From contig CM060732.1 of NCBI GenBank assembly GCA_030704615.1, positions 40,238,001-40,302,000 on the forward strand: a stretch of DNA of 64,000 nucleotides, written 5' to 3'. This DNA is from Takakia lepidozioides. Its lineage: Eukaryota; Plantae; Bryophyta. Each line of letters starts with the position of its first letter. The stretch's first letter is position 1. The position numbers were made by a program, and so were the translations under genes. The notes under the pieces were generated by a model. It worked only from the letters and a program-made list of their open reading frames with translations, was not told the origin of the DNA and did not search any database. Shown in pieces: positions 40,423 to 64,000 of the stretch.

Positions 40423-41451
40423 TGTTTCTATTAATTAATACATCTATGGTTCTTGTTTGCTTTTCGTTTTGGGGCTCTGCGTGTGCAAAGCCCCCTAGGT
40501 ACTAATTTAATAAGTAGTTAGTTAGTAAATAGGAAGAGAGCCCCGCTCCCCTTTATATACCCTTTCAGGGCGGTGGGACCCTTCTAGAAGCCACTCAAGC
40601 GGTGGGCTTTCTAGAAGGGTGGGACCTAATCAGGCCTACTCCCACCACTTGGCACATGTACCCTAACTACCCAAATTGGCCTGAACCATCCCCTATTTAA
40701 TAGGTATCACATTCCTGCCATCTTTTTTGGACCCCTTCATTTCTTGAAATCCCTCTACATATGCCTTATTATGTAACTCCTGGACCACTCTAGAAGGAAC
40801 AGGGCAAACTTGGGGGGTTTACTCGGAGGGTAAATGATTTAACAAAAATAAATACCCTAAGGGTATAATGAAATCAATATACCCACCCAACACTGGTATG
40901 TACCGCAATATGGAGTGAGATACATATTGCCCCCAATATGGTATTGTCGGGGTATTGGCCAACCTACCTACTAGTCGGGTATGGTCTTACCTACCCGGGT
41001 TGATGTCCGGGTTGGACCTATGTACAAGTCCAACACTGACATAAACCGGGGTGAGCTTCAAGGGAATGGTAGGTGGGGTTATGGCTGATGACATGTACCT
41101 GGGTAGTTGCATATTTTGCCATCATTGGTGCATAATCGGATTGAGCGGCATATCCATCATACATATTTGCTCTACTTCTATTAATTTATTATGTCATGGT
41201 TTGCGTTTTTTATGGGGTGCACACAGAGTCCCTTAGGTACTAGTAAGTATTAAGTGAATAAATAGTAAGACACATGGGAAGAGAGCCAGGCTCTCTTTAT
41301 ATATCCTCATAGGGTGGTGGGACCTTCTAAAAGCCCGCCAACCCCTCCAGCGATGGGACCTTCTAGAAGGTTGCCCTGGTACACATGTCGCCCCTAGGTG
41401 ATACTTGCTTCCCACATGGTGCCTGAACCATCCCCTATTTAATATGTCTCA
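40423..41451. repeat. Pair of ~280-bp degenerate direct repeats (LTR-like) upstream of SQE
   Basis: About 40428-40711 and about 41178-41451 share CTATTAAT..., TAGGTACTA, GGAAGAGAGCC, TTTATATA, GGTGGGACC.TTCTA, GCCTGAACCATCCCCTATTTAAT. Confidence 0.75.
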
Positions 41452-42684
41452 CCTTCCTTTTTTCTTTTTTTTTTTTCGCCCCCTTACATGGCAGTTATTA
41501 ATTCAACTCCTGGTGTATCATACTAAAACCCCCGTTTTTTAAGGGCGTAAATCAGGTAACTTACGAAGTATTCTGTCGTTTTTTTAAGAGGCCGAATCTG
41601 CCACCCAGGGTGTGCTGCCAATGAGGGCCCCAGGTTTGAACTTGGTGTGAAGATTAGAGGGTGGTCCAGGAATTAGAGCAGCCTTCCATGTACCTGGCCC
41701 ACCGTTTAAAGGAGAAAACGGACAGAAATGGCCGAGTACACTTCTCACGTTCTTGCATGGGGCGGCGGGCCCGGTTGTCGAGTTCCCGTGTCGGTAGCGT
41801 AGCCCGATAAAATGGAAAGAGAGCTCGGCGGACGATCCCGCGAATTGAATCAATCTTTACTTACCTGCCACGTCGTGCTAAAGTCACGCTTACATGCAGT
41901 ACCCTCTATCACATATCATGTCACGCTAAAGTCCAAAATGATTACTCGGCCGCCGAGCTCCACATGACATTGGAAATGCTTTTCTTAGCACATGACGAAC
42001 TCCTTTTTCGCAGGTCGGGCTCCTCCCACATCCAATCCCACCTTCAACCTTCCCACACATAGCGCAGGCAGAGCGACACGTTAATGCCCTGGGTGCGTAG
42101 AGAGAGAGAAGACTCCGGCCAAAGCCGACGTAACTAAGAGCCACTTCGCCTTACGGTACACCTCGGTAGGGGGTACCTCCCGCCCTGAATGCCCTGGGCG
42201 GGCTCACAAAATTAGGCCCACACTAAGTTAGGAAAAACCCCATTCACCCCCACAAAAACTCTAATCGGAGCCCACCATTGGCTCTCCCCATGCTGTCGCT
42301 ATTATGTAGCTGTCCCTGAAGCGCAGCCATGTGTGCAGCAATCAACGCTCCCTTTCCACTCGGCTGCGTGGCCTTCTCCTCACCAGCTTATTAGAGCGTG
42401 AAGGCCATGGATCTGAATGTTCCCGTGGCCGCGCACATGAGGGCAATGCACTGCCCTCTGTTGTCTGCCCCGTCGGACTGCAACTGTCCGTCCTTTGGCG
42501 GGCAGAGCCGGAACTGCCTCAACATGCCGCAGCAGCGGGGATGAGGAAGAGTTTAGATGCATTGTGGCGTCTTGAGAAACAAAGATCTAGGATCTTCGAT
42601 TCATCTTCCTGGTCTTGTGTTTGGTTTGGAAATTCTTCAGTCCAGGTTGGGATCAGTGGGGGGGGGGGGGAGAGGGAGGTCTGC

Positions 42685-54130
<11,446 letters not shown>

Positions 54131-54659
54131 CTCATTTTGTAGCAAACTGTGTCCAAGTTATGCCACCCACTTTTTCTGGAATGCACATCCTTGATGGAAA
54201 AGAGGGGCTACAGTCAGTGAGCTGCTCTGAGGCATGAACTGGAGTGTGAGTGGGCTCTTTCATTGCTGACTCCTAAATTTTGAGTCAATGGAGATGTAAA
54301 CTACCCTCGAGCTTCAATCTGGGCGATGTTACCAAGTTTGGTCGAGTTTGAGGTCGCGAAAAGTAATAAGAGTTTGATCGGTGACAGTCCAACAGATGGC
54401 CCAGTGGTTAGGGCACAAGGCCGCATAGGTGTATGTTGGATGTCATCCAAATGACCAACATAGCCATAAAAGTATATGGAGCCAGGTTACCCTACGTATT
54501 TCATCCACGAGTATCTTTGTAATGCAATAAACAATCAACACGTCATCAATTAACATGTCATCAATCGGCTTGATTCCGGATGGAACCTGGATGGAAACTG
54601 GCACCTTGCTGACGTCGTAACAAGGCCTGTTCCAGTCGTAACTCCCTGAATTTTATTTC

Positions 54660-57600
54660 TAGTTTTTTGGTTTTTTTTTATTTACGATAAAGGGGAGCGG
54701 AGGCCCTTTTAATCAAATTAAAAAAGAAGGTTCATAGTGGGAAAAATAACCACTAGGGAGGCCGTGAGGCTTACTGCAGGGAGACATCCCCGAAACCTTA
54801 GCAAACAAGCTACTGAGCATTGTGAGGGAGCATTGTGAGGGAGCAATGGTGAGGGAGCAATGTAGATTTCAGGATGTATGGTGTAGAAAGAGAAGAGGTA
54901 GAGATGAATGAGGGGCTGCATGCTAACTGGTCTGCAAGGGCCGAAGCCCTGACTTTAAGCAGGAGTGAATCAGCTCAGGAGACTCTTGTCATGACCAAAG
55001 TAGTGAAATGGAGTGACAATAAAGTAAGAACTTGAGCTGCGTTCTGGATTTGGTGTCTCGGGGCTTCTTGTGCCTCCAATTGAATTCTGCATCTTCACCC
55101 TCACCAGGGGACTTCCCATTGAGAGGGGATTGTGACTTTCCAGGTAAACCTTGTGTTGGGATAGCTGGTTCCGAGCATGTTGTTTTTACCCCAGGAGTGT
55201 TCGAAAGCTTGAAGCAGCCGCCTCCCGCGCTGTTCTGAAGTTTTGGGAAGAGCTGCACATACATGTTCAAAGGCCTTCCTCCCCTCAGTTAGCAGGTCTT
55301 GATATATGCGAAACAAAACAGCTCTGCCACTGGGGTGCTTCCCCTCAAAAACCCAGGCACAACGCATCTTCCACAAATTCCACAAAGTGAGCGCTCTCAG
55401 AGAAGCCCAAACCGGGCAGCTACACTGAGACCTACCAGGGATGGAATTTAGAAGAAGAAGAAGAAGAAGAAGAGGAGGTGGGGGGGATGGGAAAGATGTC
55501 CAATTGCGGTAGAAGGCAAGGGCCCTCTGACAGACCCTGCTTGACAGACTACAATGGAGGAGCGAGTGTTCAGTAGTCTCTGGTAGAGAGTTGCAGATAG
55601 GGCACAGAGGTAGATCTTCATGCGCTCTTAGTCTGACTGGCAGGATCTTGTGAGCCACTTTCCACAGAAAACCGGAGACCTTCGCCGGACTGTCTTTCCT
55701 CCAGATGTCCTTCCAAATTTTCCCCCAGTCGGCTTGAGTGAATTGCATCTGACTCCATTTTGAGTTCCATTTGGTAAGGAAGGATCTGGGAGGATTAAGG
55801 AGGCTGTACCCTAGCTTCACCGAATAAGCAAAGAAGGGGGAATGTTTTTTATCCATCCATTTCCATTCCCCAGGGTCGAATTGGAGATCCGACAGGGGGC
55901 ACTGAAGGAACCAAACGAAAGAATTATGGATTGCCCACTGAATATCCTGGCCTTGAGGGGGTGTTGGGTTGATATTCCTTTTCCCATCATAGACTCTGAT
56001 GTGAAACCGTTGAGTCTTATCAGTTTCAACAAATCCCCTCACCAACAGATTGCCTTCGATATCTGCCTGGAATTTAAGGCCAAATGCCATGTTCCCTTGG
56101 AATGCCAGCACCAGGACGACAAGTGTTGGGCTCTGAACTGTGGAAGCCATCCAGGCTGGGGTGCTGCAGGCCCTGTTTGTTTCGTCCAGTAGCGGGGACA
56201 TGTAGTCTGGTATGTTTGAGAGGATAGTGGTCTAGGCCCGGGCTCTTCTCCCACCCACCATTGCAGCTACCTCCTCTTCTGTGATGAACTGATTGTTGAA
56301 CAGACTGCCGTTCCACAATACCTCTTCTCTATTACCGTAAGGGTCTATGTCCACAAGGCTACAGCAAACATCGTGCTCTTATGGAAGCAAGGTGTGTAAA
56401 TCCTTGTGCCTCCCACAATCTAGGAGTCTGCTCAAGCAGGATAGAGGAGTCCATGTTGTAATTTGCGAACAGCGGCTGCCTTTCACATTCTTGTGTTGTT
56501 TTGGGCATTGTCTGAGTGAGCCAGCCTCTCATGTTCTGCCATGCCATCCATATTGATTGCCAAGCATTGGAACCCATCCTGGTGTTTTTGTTCTTTCCCT
56601 GCACAATCCATCTCAGCGACTGGGCCCAGAGAGGGGAGGTAGAAGGTATAGAGCCCATGAGATAAGGCTGTATCAACTTGCTCCATTGAGTGGTTGTGTG
56701 AGTGATGGCCCTGGTTATCCACTTTGCCAGCAGTGCCTGCGTTTGCTTGTCAGGATCGATAATCCCTAAGCCCCCTTTGTTTTTCTTTTGGCAAAGTTGT
56801 TCCCATGAAACGAGGGCTCTTCTGGCTGGGCTCGCTGGGGTTGCTTCCCAAAGGAAGTTCCGCATCATAGCCTTGATTTCTTTATTGGTTATTGCTCCAG
56901 GGTTCCACACTGCCGAGTAAAACCACTTGGTTGCAAGTAGGACCTGGTTGATCACCAGCGCTCTTCCAACAATAGAGAGCATCGCTGAGCTCCAGAAAGC
57001 CAGTTTTTTCCTTATTTTCATGATGACCTCCTTCATCCTATTCTGCTGGGACAGGTTATGACCCACCTGATGGCCAAGCAGCTTGTGAGATTCTCCCTGC
57101 TGAAGCCAAGACAGCCCAAGGTTGATACCCCATGGAAGGCAGTGTGTTGCTGCAGAGCCAGCTTGTAAGATAGACAGGATATCAACCGATTTACGCCAGT
57201 TGACTTTGAGTCCAGTGCCCAGGCAGAAGATATGAAGGGCCTGCAAGGCCTTGTCTATATTCCCTCTATTGGAGTTGTCCAGCAGAAGGGATGTGTCATC
57301 GGCGTACATTGAAGTTCTTAGCATTTCTGGCTGGAGAGTGGGTAGGTGCAGCCCAATGATATCATGCCTTTGTTCAAACAAATGTCCCAGGGAGTCTGCT
57401 ACAATGAGAAACAGGAAGGGGGCAAATGGACAGCCTTGTCGCACCGACCTGGTAATTGGAAAGGAAGGGGAGATGACTCCGTTGACCATAACCCGATTGG
57501 AGGCTGAATGCAACAGAATGTGTACCCAGCTGGTGAAGGCCCCCCCCCATTCCAGCTTTCTCCAAAGCGCTCAACAGAAAATTCCAGTCGATTAAGTCAA

Positions 57601-58393
57601 AAGCTTTTTGAAGTCGAGCATGAGGTAGGCCAGTGGCTGATTGTTAATATGTGCTCTATGCAAGGCCTCATGTGCCAATAAAATGTTATCCAGGATCATT
57701 CGGTTCTTAAGAAAACCAGTCTGATCTCTTCTGATGATCTTTGGCAGCAGAGGTTGTAGCCGGAGCGCCAGGGTTTTCGCCACAATCTTGTAGGTTGTGT
57801 TAAGCAAGGTTATAGGCCTGTAATTTGCCATGTTGTCCCTTTGCCCTTTTTTGAAGATCAAGGTGACCAGGCCTTCAGAAATCTGGGAGGGCATGATTTT
57901 CTTTTCCAAGATATCATTTGTCATTGCCAGGAAATCCTCTCCAATGGCTCCCCACAGCACTTTGAACAGCTCAACCGGCAGGCCATCAATACCAGGGGAT
58001 TTTTGTGAAGCCATTGCCCTTGAGCATGTGAAGCTTGTAAAGAAATAAGAGTGTTGGTGTGGAGTATGGCGGTGCAGCAGCAGCCCAAGCCTCTTGGAGC
58101 GTTAGGATGACGTTGGGGTCCTTGAGAATAAGTGGGTTAAGTTTGAAGATCCTCTTCCCCTTGCTCTGTGCCCCGGGGTGGATAGGGAGACCTTGACTGC
58201 GGAGTGGTCAATGCCCGGTAAAATGGGTTGAATTGGCTCCCGCTTCATCCATGAGAGCAGAGTGGGTGTAGCATAGAAGCAGTCCAGCCGAGCTTGGTAG
58301 AGGTGTGGAGGTGCATGATAGTTGGACCAGGCGTGCTGCTGCTCGCCCCGGAGTGGAGTAGTGGCGTCTAGCAGGCCCACAGCAAAGCAAATT
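54660..58393 (-). mobile_element. L1-clade LINE ORF2 (endonuclease C-end, RT, zf-RVT), frameshifted; 5' side interrupted by a CACTA end
   Basis: ARLDCFY...DHSAV, KSPGIDGLP, NYRPITLLNTTYKI, DQTGF, LDFKK, SVRQGCPFAPFLF, SMYADDT, GGLGI, FLWKVAHKILPV, CPIC...ETTEHSLLHC. A-rich tail near 54660-54680. Confidence 0.92.
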
Positions 58394-58760
58394 CACTAGA
58401 AGAGAAACCGGCTTTTTCCACGGCTTTTTCCACACTTTTTGTTGTGGAATCAGCCGCAGTCCACACCTGTTGTGGGTGTAAGAAACGACTAGTGCTTTCG
58501 GACACACCCCCCCCACGGCCTGGCTCTCGGGTGGCCTTGTGGAAAAGTCCACGGGATGCTTTTTCCATGGGTGGCTTTTTTCACGGGGTGCATGGTGACA
58601 TGGCCGATGGCATAGTTGACATGGCAGAGTGTGAAAAAGGCATGTTTCACGGCGGATGTCACACCTTGAACAAGCCACTATGCGACACCACTATGCGACA
58701 CGTGTCATATTTCACACCTTCGACAAGTCACTATGCAACACGTGTTCGTTCTTGTGTGGT
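58394..58760 (+). mobile_element. Left terminus and subterminal repeats of a third CACTA element (other end not in window)
   Basis: CACTAGAAGAGAAACCGG begins exactly where LINE coding sequence stops. It is followed by many TTTTCCAC/GTGGAAAA-type repeats in both orientations. Confidence 0.7.
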
Positions 58761-59562
58761 GGTACGCATTAATAACAATAATAATAATAACAATAAATTA
58801 AATCCATTAATATTCAGACTTAATATTGGAAATCCTTCATTGTAGCATGATAAGGGGGTCTCAACTTCTCGGGTTGACAGTGCTGCAAATCTATTTTATA
58901 GTTCTTGGAAGAGGTTTCATCAAACCTACAAATACATGTTATATGGATTAGTTATAAGTTGTGGGAAGATTTTTATTTATTTTTTAAATATTAGAAAAGA
59001 AGGTGGGGAAGCTATTTAAGTCATATTATAGAAAAATCATGGAAAAAATAACCATGATAGGAGGCCATTAAGGCTTACATCACGTAGTGAGTGGGTAACA
59101 CATAGTCCATGCCACCTAGGGGCAAGCTCTAACAAAGGCAGCTTCACTGTCATGAAGGCAGCGAGCGGCAGCGAGCCAAGAAGACTGCCATGAGTGCTGA
59201 AACTAAGAAGACTAGGGAGGAAACAGAAGAACAAATTCCCAACAAAGGGAAGAAGCCTAGCTAGTGAGCCTGCAATCCTAAATCAGCCTACCAGGCTACC
59301 TAAGAAACAGGAGCAGCTAGCTACAAGGGGAGCATAGCCAGTAAGCCTAGCAGGCTGTCCAAAAACCCAGCAATAATGGGGAAGAATCATAGCCAGCGAG
59401 CCTGCAATCTTAAGTGTTCTTACCAGGCAGCCCTAAGAACTAGGAAGAGCCACCATAAAAATAACTAAGCAGATTAAAGACTCAGTCGAATCAGAGCTTT
59501 ACAAAAATAAAGAAATTATAAGAAAATAAAATGTAAGAATTCTAAAATGTGTCATGCCCAGA

Positions 59563-60544
59563 TTACAGATACCTTACAAAGTTACTGCTCATGTCTGTAC
59601 CACAGGTTAAGTCTGAAATGCTTAATTTTCGAACACGAATGCAAAAAAATTTGGTACAGAAATAGAAGAACCGCATGGTTGTCCATTTGGCATCAACTGG
59701 CTGCATGATTGGTAAACCTAATAACTTTGCTTCTGTGGTACCAATTAAAGATTCAGGTTGTCGCTTTTGTTTACCCAATCCCAATTTGGCAGCAGTAATC
59801 ATGGCTTCGTTACATGCTACTTGAGATTTTTGAAAACGAGGGTCTCTGGATATATTGAATTTCTCTTCAAAAACACCTGTGTTCACAATTCGCTTTTCTT
59901 GGTGCGCCCGGATAATCCTGCCGATTGATCTGAACAAAGATCCATACCTATACACACCAAAACATACATTAACTGTGGATAAACTAGACCATTTATATAA
60001 AATCCCAGACAATTATCCAAATTGGTCAAGATTGATAACAAACAATGATATCTAAGAAAATTTCTGTAGCAACAAATCTGAGGACATAAAGGCACACACC
60101 TACTAAAAACGGAAAGATCAACCAAATAAAACCTATTACTAAGAGGTTCCAGCTTACGTCTCAGGAGGATACATATCACCATTTTTCTTCAAAACTTGAC
60201 CAAAGAAGGTTGTGAGCATGTTATTCAGCAATGTCGTGTCACGATATGAGATTTCCTCAATTGATTCTGTCAAAGACAACTTGTTGAGAACTCTCCAATC
60301 ATTGAACTGGGACCTTGCCCAATTCTCAGACTTCCAACTTCTTCTCGACCTCCATTCTCAACATCTCAAGTTCTTCCTTGCTCACAATATGAAATCCCTT
60401 AGAGAGATTTTCATCCAGTGGTATGTCACCGTCTGATCCATTCAAGATACTACTAGTGGATGGCAACAGGTCCTCTGAAATATGCTCAGGGTTTGACTGG
60501 AAACTGTTAAGGTTTGGCTCAGGAGTAAGTGTTAAATTCACCAT
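59563..60544 (-). pseudogene. Degraded ORF, possibly an L1 ORF1-like relic
   Basis: Chain of minus-strand ORF pieces (60544-60326, 60182-59883, 60012-59563) separated by stops and frameshifts. Only vague ORF1-like character. Confidence 0.3.
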
Positions 60545-61224
60545 AGTAATTGCATAATCCGCGAGTCTGGCTTGGATTTAAGGCTGAATTCGAGCAAGGC
60601 CGCAGGACGTAGTAAGCTCAAAAAGTGGTTGAAATATTGATGTTGTTTCTAAATTAGCAGCTTTTTTTATATCCATACGATTGACTAAAGTAGATCGAAG
60701 TTGTCCGGGAAAACGTTAGCTTTCCGGGGGTTTCCCCAGCAGAGGTTTACCCGCTTTCTTTGGTAGTATCAAGATATGGCTGATCATTATTAGACTTTAA
60801 GATCATTGCATTCAAGGCTTCATCACAATTTGAATCAACAGGCAAGCAATGTGCTCATTTTGATTTATCTTTGACATATCTGCAGAGACATCATTTTTTC
60901 TTTCAGAAGGACTCAAACCTAGTGAAAAAGATGGACAATGAAAGTTTGACATTCCACTTCTTGCAGGAACATCTTTGGTTTCAGTGTCATGAAGCATGAT
61001 GAGAATCATTTTGCATGTAAAACTACACGCATTCAGTTCCACAAAACCCCTTATTTTCCATAATACCATAGGCATTATGTGACATTAGAAAGATTTCAAA
61101 TCTGCTTGACAACATCAAAATAACAAAGTGGAAAGACTTGCAGCCTTCCATCTATCTATAGAAGCCATTGAAATTCATTGGAATATAACAACGCAGTTAC
61201 AATAAGATGATAATTACCTTCATG

Positions 61225-61865
61225 GAATATCTGAAATGATCTCAGTACAGTGCTGCAAAGGCAAGAAACTACATCTTGAAATGAAAGAACGACGAGTGAG
61301 TCTCACTCCATTCGCTGCGAGCAGTGTAGCCTCAAACACAGCATTAAGCAAAAACACAGAAATACACTTGAAAGGAAACAGAGACGACTGACTCTTGCCC
61401 CATTACTTGCAATTAGCTGCTACATGTACAATGTAATACCTGAAATGAACTGAGATGAAGTACCTGAAACGATCTAATTACAGTGTGAAAGCGCCACAAA
61501 TTACATCTCGAAATGCAAGCGCCACGAATGAGTCTCACTCCATTTCCTGCGAGCAGCGTAACCTTAGTCTAATACATCATTCAACAAAAACACAGAATGC
61601 ACTTGAATAGAAATAGAGACCAGAGATTCTTGTCCCATTACATGCAATTAGCTACAGACACCATGAAATATCTGAAACGATCTCAGTATAGTGCTACAAA
61701 GGCAAAGAAACTACATCTTGAAATGAAAGAGCGACAAGTCTTGCTCCATTTCCTGCGAGCAATATAGCCTTAGTCTAACCCATCGTTATACAAAAACATA
61801 GAAATACACTTTGAAAAGAAACAGAGACGACCTCCCCATTGCCTACAGTTAGCTACATGTAACCT
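61225..61865 (+). repeat. Three diverged ~210-230-bp tandem repeats
   Basis: TGAAA.GATCT...TACATCT.GAAATG...CTCCATT..CTGCGAGCA...AAAAACA.AGAA...AGAGAC...CCCATT...TTAGCT at about 61232, 61465 and 61674. Confidence 0.9.
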
Positions 61866-61959
61866 GATCCATCATGATTAGACAGAGATCACTGTAGAGC
61901 TCGAGCTTCCCGAGCTCGAGAAGCTTCTATAGAAAACATTGCGGTGCGACAAGAGAGGT

Positions 61960-64000
61960 TAGGGATTGAAGATTGATGTTTGCCGCAAAATCGATCGTCG
62001 GAAAACTGATTGGGAAAATTGAAGATTTATACTACGCAGTCGTGAGGGAGCCGTCGGTGTAGTGGGAGTAGGATGGAAGAAATTTGGGAGGTATAATTTG
62101 GCAGTAGGATGGGAGGGGCGGGGGAGCGTAGGTTGGGCAGGGGACGGGCACGTGGTAGCGCCCTTTTCCATGCCTTGCTTAAGTTAATCCTAGGGAGTGG
62201 GCCAGGTGGAATTGTGAGGACTGGGTGTGTGATATGGTGGGGGTAGATGGTGGTTTTTAGCTTGTGAGTGCGCTTAAGGAGTTGATCCAGTAAGGCAGGG
62301 AAGGTGGGAGGTATGGTGGAATGCGTGGTGTGTTGGACATGAAGGAGAAGGGTAAGGGTGGGTTCTTTGTAATGGAGGTATTTAGGGAGAGGCGGGGTGT
62401 GGATGTACCAGAGTTGATTAGGTTCAATAGCGGCAAGGAGTGTTACGCCGGGTGGGAATTCTAGTAGGGGGTGGGGGCTGTTGGGTAGCTTTTGGTGAGT
62501 GAGTAACATGATCGTGATGCTTGATAGGGAGGAGTGTGTGGCCATATGGGCCCATTGGAGGGCCTCATGTGTGACGGGGCCTGAAGGGGGATGGGCAAAT
62601 CCCCTCCCTGCCCATGCGTGTTGGGTGGCATGTCCGGTGGCTCCGAAGATGCAATCCCAGGGGTGGGGGCTGGCAAAAGTTGTGATTCCCATTAGGCATA
62701 TAAGCAGACTAGAATAATATGAGTGAGTGAGTTCGAAAGTGATAATGAGCACAGAGAGGATATCCGGGGGGAGAGTATTATGAGCAAAGACTTGTGACAG
62801 TTTTGATAGGGAACAGGGTTTTTTGGGAGGAGTGTCTTAAAGGTGCGGGTAACAAGCCAATTGAGTTTGGTAGCGAAGTCTTGGCGGGGTGGGTGGATTT
62901 GAGTGTCAGAGAGGGAGGAAGTAGAGTATTTAGCCCATAGCCATGCTAGTCTATAATTGGGAATGAGGCCAAGAAAACGGCCGTTGAAGGTGTAGATAGT
63001 GGACATACGAGGGCCTTGACAGATTGTGGGGGAGGTGTGTAGGATATCCTTATCTGGGTTGCATTCAGTAATATGTATGTGTACGTTGGGGGCGGTAAGT
63101 GGTTGATGTACGTGGCGGGCATCTTTGGGTTGGGTTTGGGAAATATGTTGTTAGTGGGTATCCGCGAGGTAGTTAGTGTTAGTACGTTTGTGGAATGCGG
63201 TGAGGAGTGTGAGATTGTGGGCGGGGTCGCAGTCATCATGTGAGCCAAAGAGGTCGTCCTCGATTTGCCACGAGTTATCATCAACTGTGTATCCAGCCCA
63301 TTGGCATAGGTAATATGTATCAACACATGTGGCCCCATATGAGTCTGTAGAAGTTTGGGTCTTAATACTGAGGATGGCTTCGATAACATATGCGTTTGGG
63401 TTATCTGGGTGGTCATGATGAGTTGCAGGAGTGTCGGGTGAGGGGGTAGCTGGGGCGGAAGTACATTGCGTAAGGGAGGGCGTATGGATGTGGACGGGAG
63501 GGGGCTGGGTGGAGTCCCTATCCAAGTGGGGAGGGGGTATAGGGGAGGTGGATGTGGATGGGGTGTCTCTAGTGTCGTGTGTACCTGAGGTTTCGGAGGC
63601 CCTAAGCGTGTGGAGAATAGAGGGATATAGACCTGATCTGTAGGCAGGCAGTAAGTCGCGTTGGGTATGGGGGAAGAGTGAGCAGGGAAGGTCGCATTCA
63701 AGAGTACAAGATGCGGATGGGTGGCAAAGTAGGGTACGTAGGTGTTGGAGGAACCTGCAGGTTTTGGCTATGGCACGAGTGTGTTTAAGTGAATATTCCT
63801 GGGTTTATGAGTTGAGTGTCAGTGGCGGTGGTAAGTTGGGTGAGATGAGTGATATGCCGTTCTTTGAAATAGGTGAGAATGGGATACTTTTGGTGGGGAT
63901 GAGGCAAAATGGGAGAGGGATGGGTTGGTATTTAGAGCGTGTTCCAGCTGTGATATCGTGTTAGGATAGCCGGGTAGGTCGGTTTGTATGTTGATACGCA
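61960..64000 (-). mobile_element. Fragment of a non-LTR retroelement-like ORF with chromodomain and adenine-methylase-like segment (Dualen/RandI-like, tentative)
   Basis: Chromodomain YVIEAILS...YYLCQWAGYTVDDNSWQIEDDL (about 63385-63250). Followed by FELTHSYYSSLL...FASPHPWDCIFGATGHATQHAWAGRGFAHPP. Strong C-rich strand bias and frameshifts. Confidence 0.55.

Noticed and set aside
54388-54430. tRNA-like A-box TGGCCCAGTGGTTAGGGCAC
   Set aside because: No T-arm/B-box or acceptor stem follows.

Overview
Eukaryotic nuclear DNA from a non-seed land plant (bryophyte/lycophyte grade; inferred from gene content, PLS-PPR debris and TE types). Three intact-looking spliced host genes are present: a C4HC3-finger plus two-UBA protein (minus, 4793-11767), a peroxisomal tail-anchored monodehydroascorbate reductase (minus, 16556-20197) and squalene epoxidase (plus, about 42685-54130). 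Between them lie transposons and PPR pseudogenes. The centrepiece is a complete 12.6-kb CACTA element (26810-39445) inserted into a PPR gene. Its transposase and TnpA-like genes are head-to-head, 178 bp apart. The TnpA-like gene carries an FCP1/NIF-type HAD phosphatase domain and a Y/P/Q/G low-complexity tract. The element's subterminal motif recurs inside the transposase first intron, and it carries PPR-derived cargo. Also present: a non-autonomous CACTA, the left end of a third CACTA, an RTE-like LINE with stacked 3' ends in an SQE intron, a group II intron RT relic, an L1 LINE, copia and hAT relics, and a chromodomain plus adenine-methylase-like LINE fragment at the right edge. Exon structures were assembled by eye, and family assignments come from recalled motifs, not searches.
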